NCBI GenBank assembly: GCA_965655095.1
Contig: OZ296649.1
Span: forward strand, 120,094,001 to 120,158,000
Direction of reading: 5' to 3'
From: Haplodiscus bocki
Taxonomy: Eukaryota
DNA length: 64,000 bases
The position numbers and the translations under genes were made by a program. Positions within the stretch are counted from its first letter, which is position 1; each line of letters opens with the position of its first letter. This document shows positions 62,757 to 64,000 of the stretch, one piece after another. The notes under the pieces are model-generated. The model saw nothing but the letters and a program-made list of their open reading frames with translations, searched no databases and was not told the DNA's origin.

Positions 62757-64000
62757 TTACACATTCTTTCCAACAACACCAAACTGCAACCGACGACTTT
62801 CGTACACCCAATACAATGAGTTCAGTAACGTTTTCAAGAGGATTGGTAAATTTTAGCTCCAGTGTCAGTGGTTCTCCAACAAGTTCAGGATAGTAACAAT
62901 TTTCAGTGGCGTCTTGCATTGAAGTCAAGTCAAACACCAGCACATAGTGATGTTTGAAATCATCAATGAGGATTGAGGAAATAACATCCTGAAAGTTCTT
63001 TGCTTTCATGGTAGTCACATATAGACGACAATTGTCAGCAGTATCAAAATCTACAATTGGCTGTCCCATTCTGAGCATTCTAATTTGTCGGAGATCAAAT
63101 TGCTGATACCAGAATGGGTTTTCTGTAAATGAACCAGTAAAGGCAGAGTTTGTGTTCATTGCAATAGCAATCCGACGAATGGGAGCCTCGTTGAAAATGT
63201 TTTCTTGAAAAATTTAATTTTGTCTCGCAGGTATGATAAATAACTTTTCCAATGTCTCCAAATAGTTGTATTCTACAGGAGTATAAGCGAGCATGTCCAT
63301 TCGCTTGTTGTGATAGTCATCTTTGAGAGCAATACGACGAGTGTAAAGTGAACAATCCACATTTCCGAGACTGACATTGGGGTTGTCGCTAATCATGTAA
63401 AGAATTGGGTCTAGCTCTAATTAGTTGCAGCCTAATTTTCATTTCTGGATAGAGCAGTTTAGAAGTTGAGAAAAAGTCAACCCCCAATTTGCCATACAAC
63501 ATGAAACCGTCAGGTCTACTCAGCAGTTTCATTCTCCTTGTAAGGAAGGGATCAGGTAGGGGGTTAGCAATATCCTCAGGATCCTGCTCATAGTCATAGC
63601 CTTCACAATGCAAAACTCCCTTGTATTCAGAGATGGCTGCCTTAAAGTTGTTTGAAATGTAAAACTTGTGTACATAGAGTCCTTTGGAATTGTAAATCTG
63701 CTGATTGTTAATGTACACTTCAACATTTGAAAATATCGAATGCATTATGTTGTGTACATAGGTAACTCGAGCTACTTCTTCTTCGTCGTCGTCTGTTCCT
63801 GTTTCAGTGAAAACAACAGAATCATCTTTGTGCTCCTTTTTCTTTTCTTTACTCTTGATTGTATAGTAACCAAGTCCTTTGATATATTTTAGCTTCAATG
63901 CCAAAAAAAGAGTGTCTCAAGTCAACGTAATAGCTCCGATCCGTTTGAAATTCAAACCCTATGCAGTTTTCATCAAGTGAGGTAGTTGGTTATTTTTCTT
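62757..64000 (-). pseudogene. Major capsid protein (element C), frameshifted; 5' end outside the window
   Basis: NIMHSIFSNVEVYIN, LLYPEMKIRLQLIRARP, ENIFNEAPIRRIAIAM, AFTGSFTENPFWYQQFDL, VFDLT, LELKFTNPL: typical Polinton double-jelly-roll MCP segments. Confidence 0.9.

Larger units (their letters stand above)
61734..64000. mobile_element. Element C: terminus of a different Maverick/Polinton family, running off the right edge
   Basis: AGTAGTAAGAGTG start, GC-richer TIR-like segment, then protease and MCP genes on -. Confidence 0.88.

Noticed and set aside
62362-63159. 265-aa capsid-protease fusion ORF
   Set aside because: A small frameshifting lesion near 62780 joins the frames. The MCP stop (62757-62759) and protease ATG (62754) are both visible, and the catalytic His segment lies in another frame.

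Overview
AT-rich eukaryotic (animal-like) DNA with no convincing intact host gene. The window is dominated by decayed endogenous Maverick/Polinton (adintovirus-like) elements of three distinct kinds. (A) A heavily eroded relic at ~3.0-16.5 kb, barely visible in the ORF track: pPolB on +; major capsid, a conserved core gene, penton and probably protease on -; interrupted by a 1.58-kb MULE with a perfect 9-bp TSD. (B) An element with both ends present at 45904-59877: AGTAGT...ACTACT termini, ~0.55-kb TIRs, 6-bp TSD GACAAT/GACAGT, pPolB, rve integrase, truncated capsid, packaging ATPase, two paralogous pentons, adenain protease and accessory ORFs. A truncated copy at 33831-44848 was made by a ~12.1-kb tandem duplication whose two units show mosaic identity. 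(C) The end of a different Polinton family at 61734-64000: promoter-rich TIR, protease and capsid. Also present: a higher-order satellite (1-1862) that shares a motif with the end of element C, Helitron-like 3' ends, a MITE and a decayed intronless DDX5/DBP2-like copy. The most unusual structure is that each TIR of element B holds a second, inverted copy of its own terminus ~450 bp inside. All protein calls come from motif recognition by eye in frameshifted sequence, and no database search was run. Coordinates of decayed genes are approximate, and some homopolymer frameshifts could be sequencing error.
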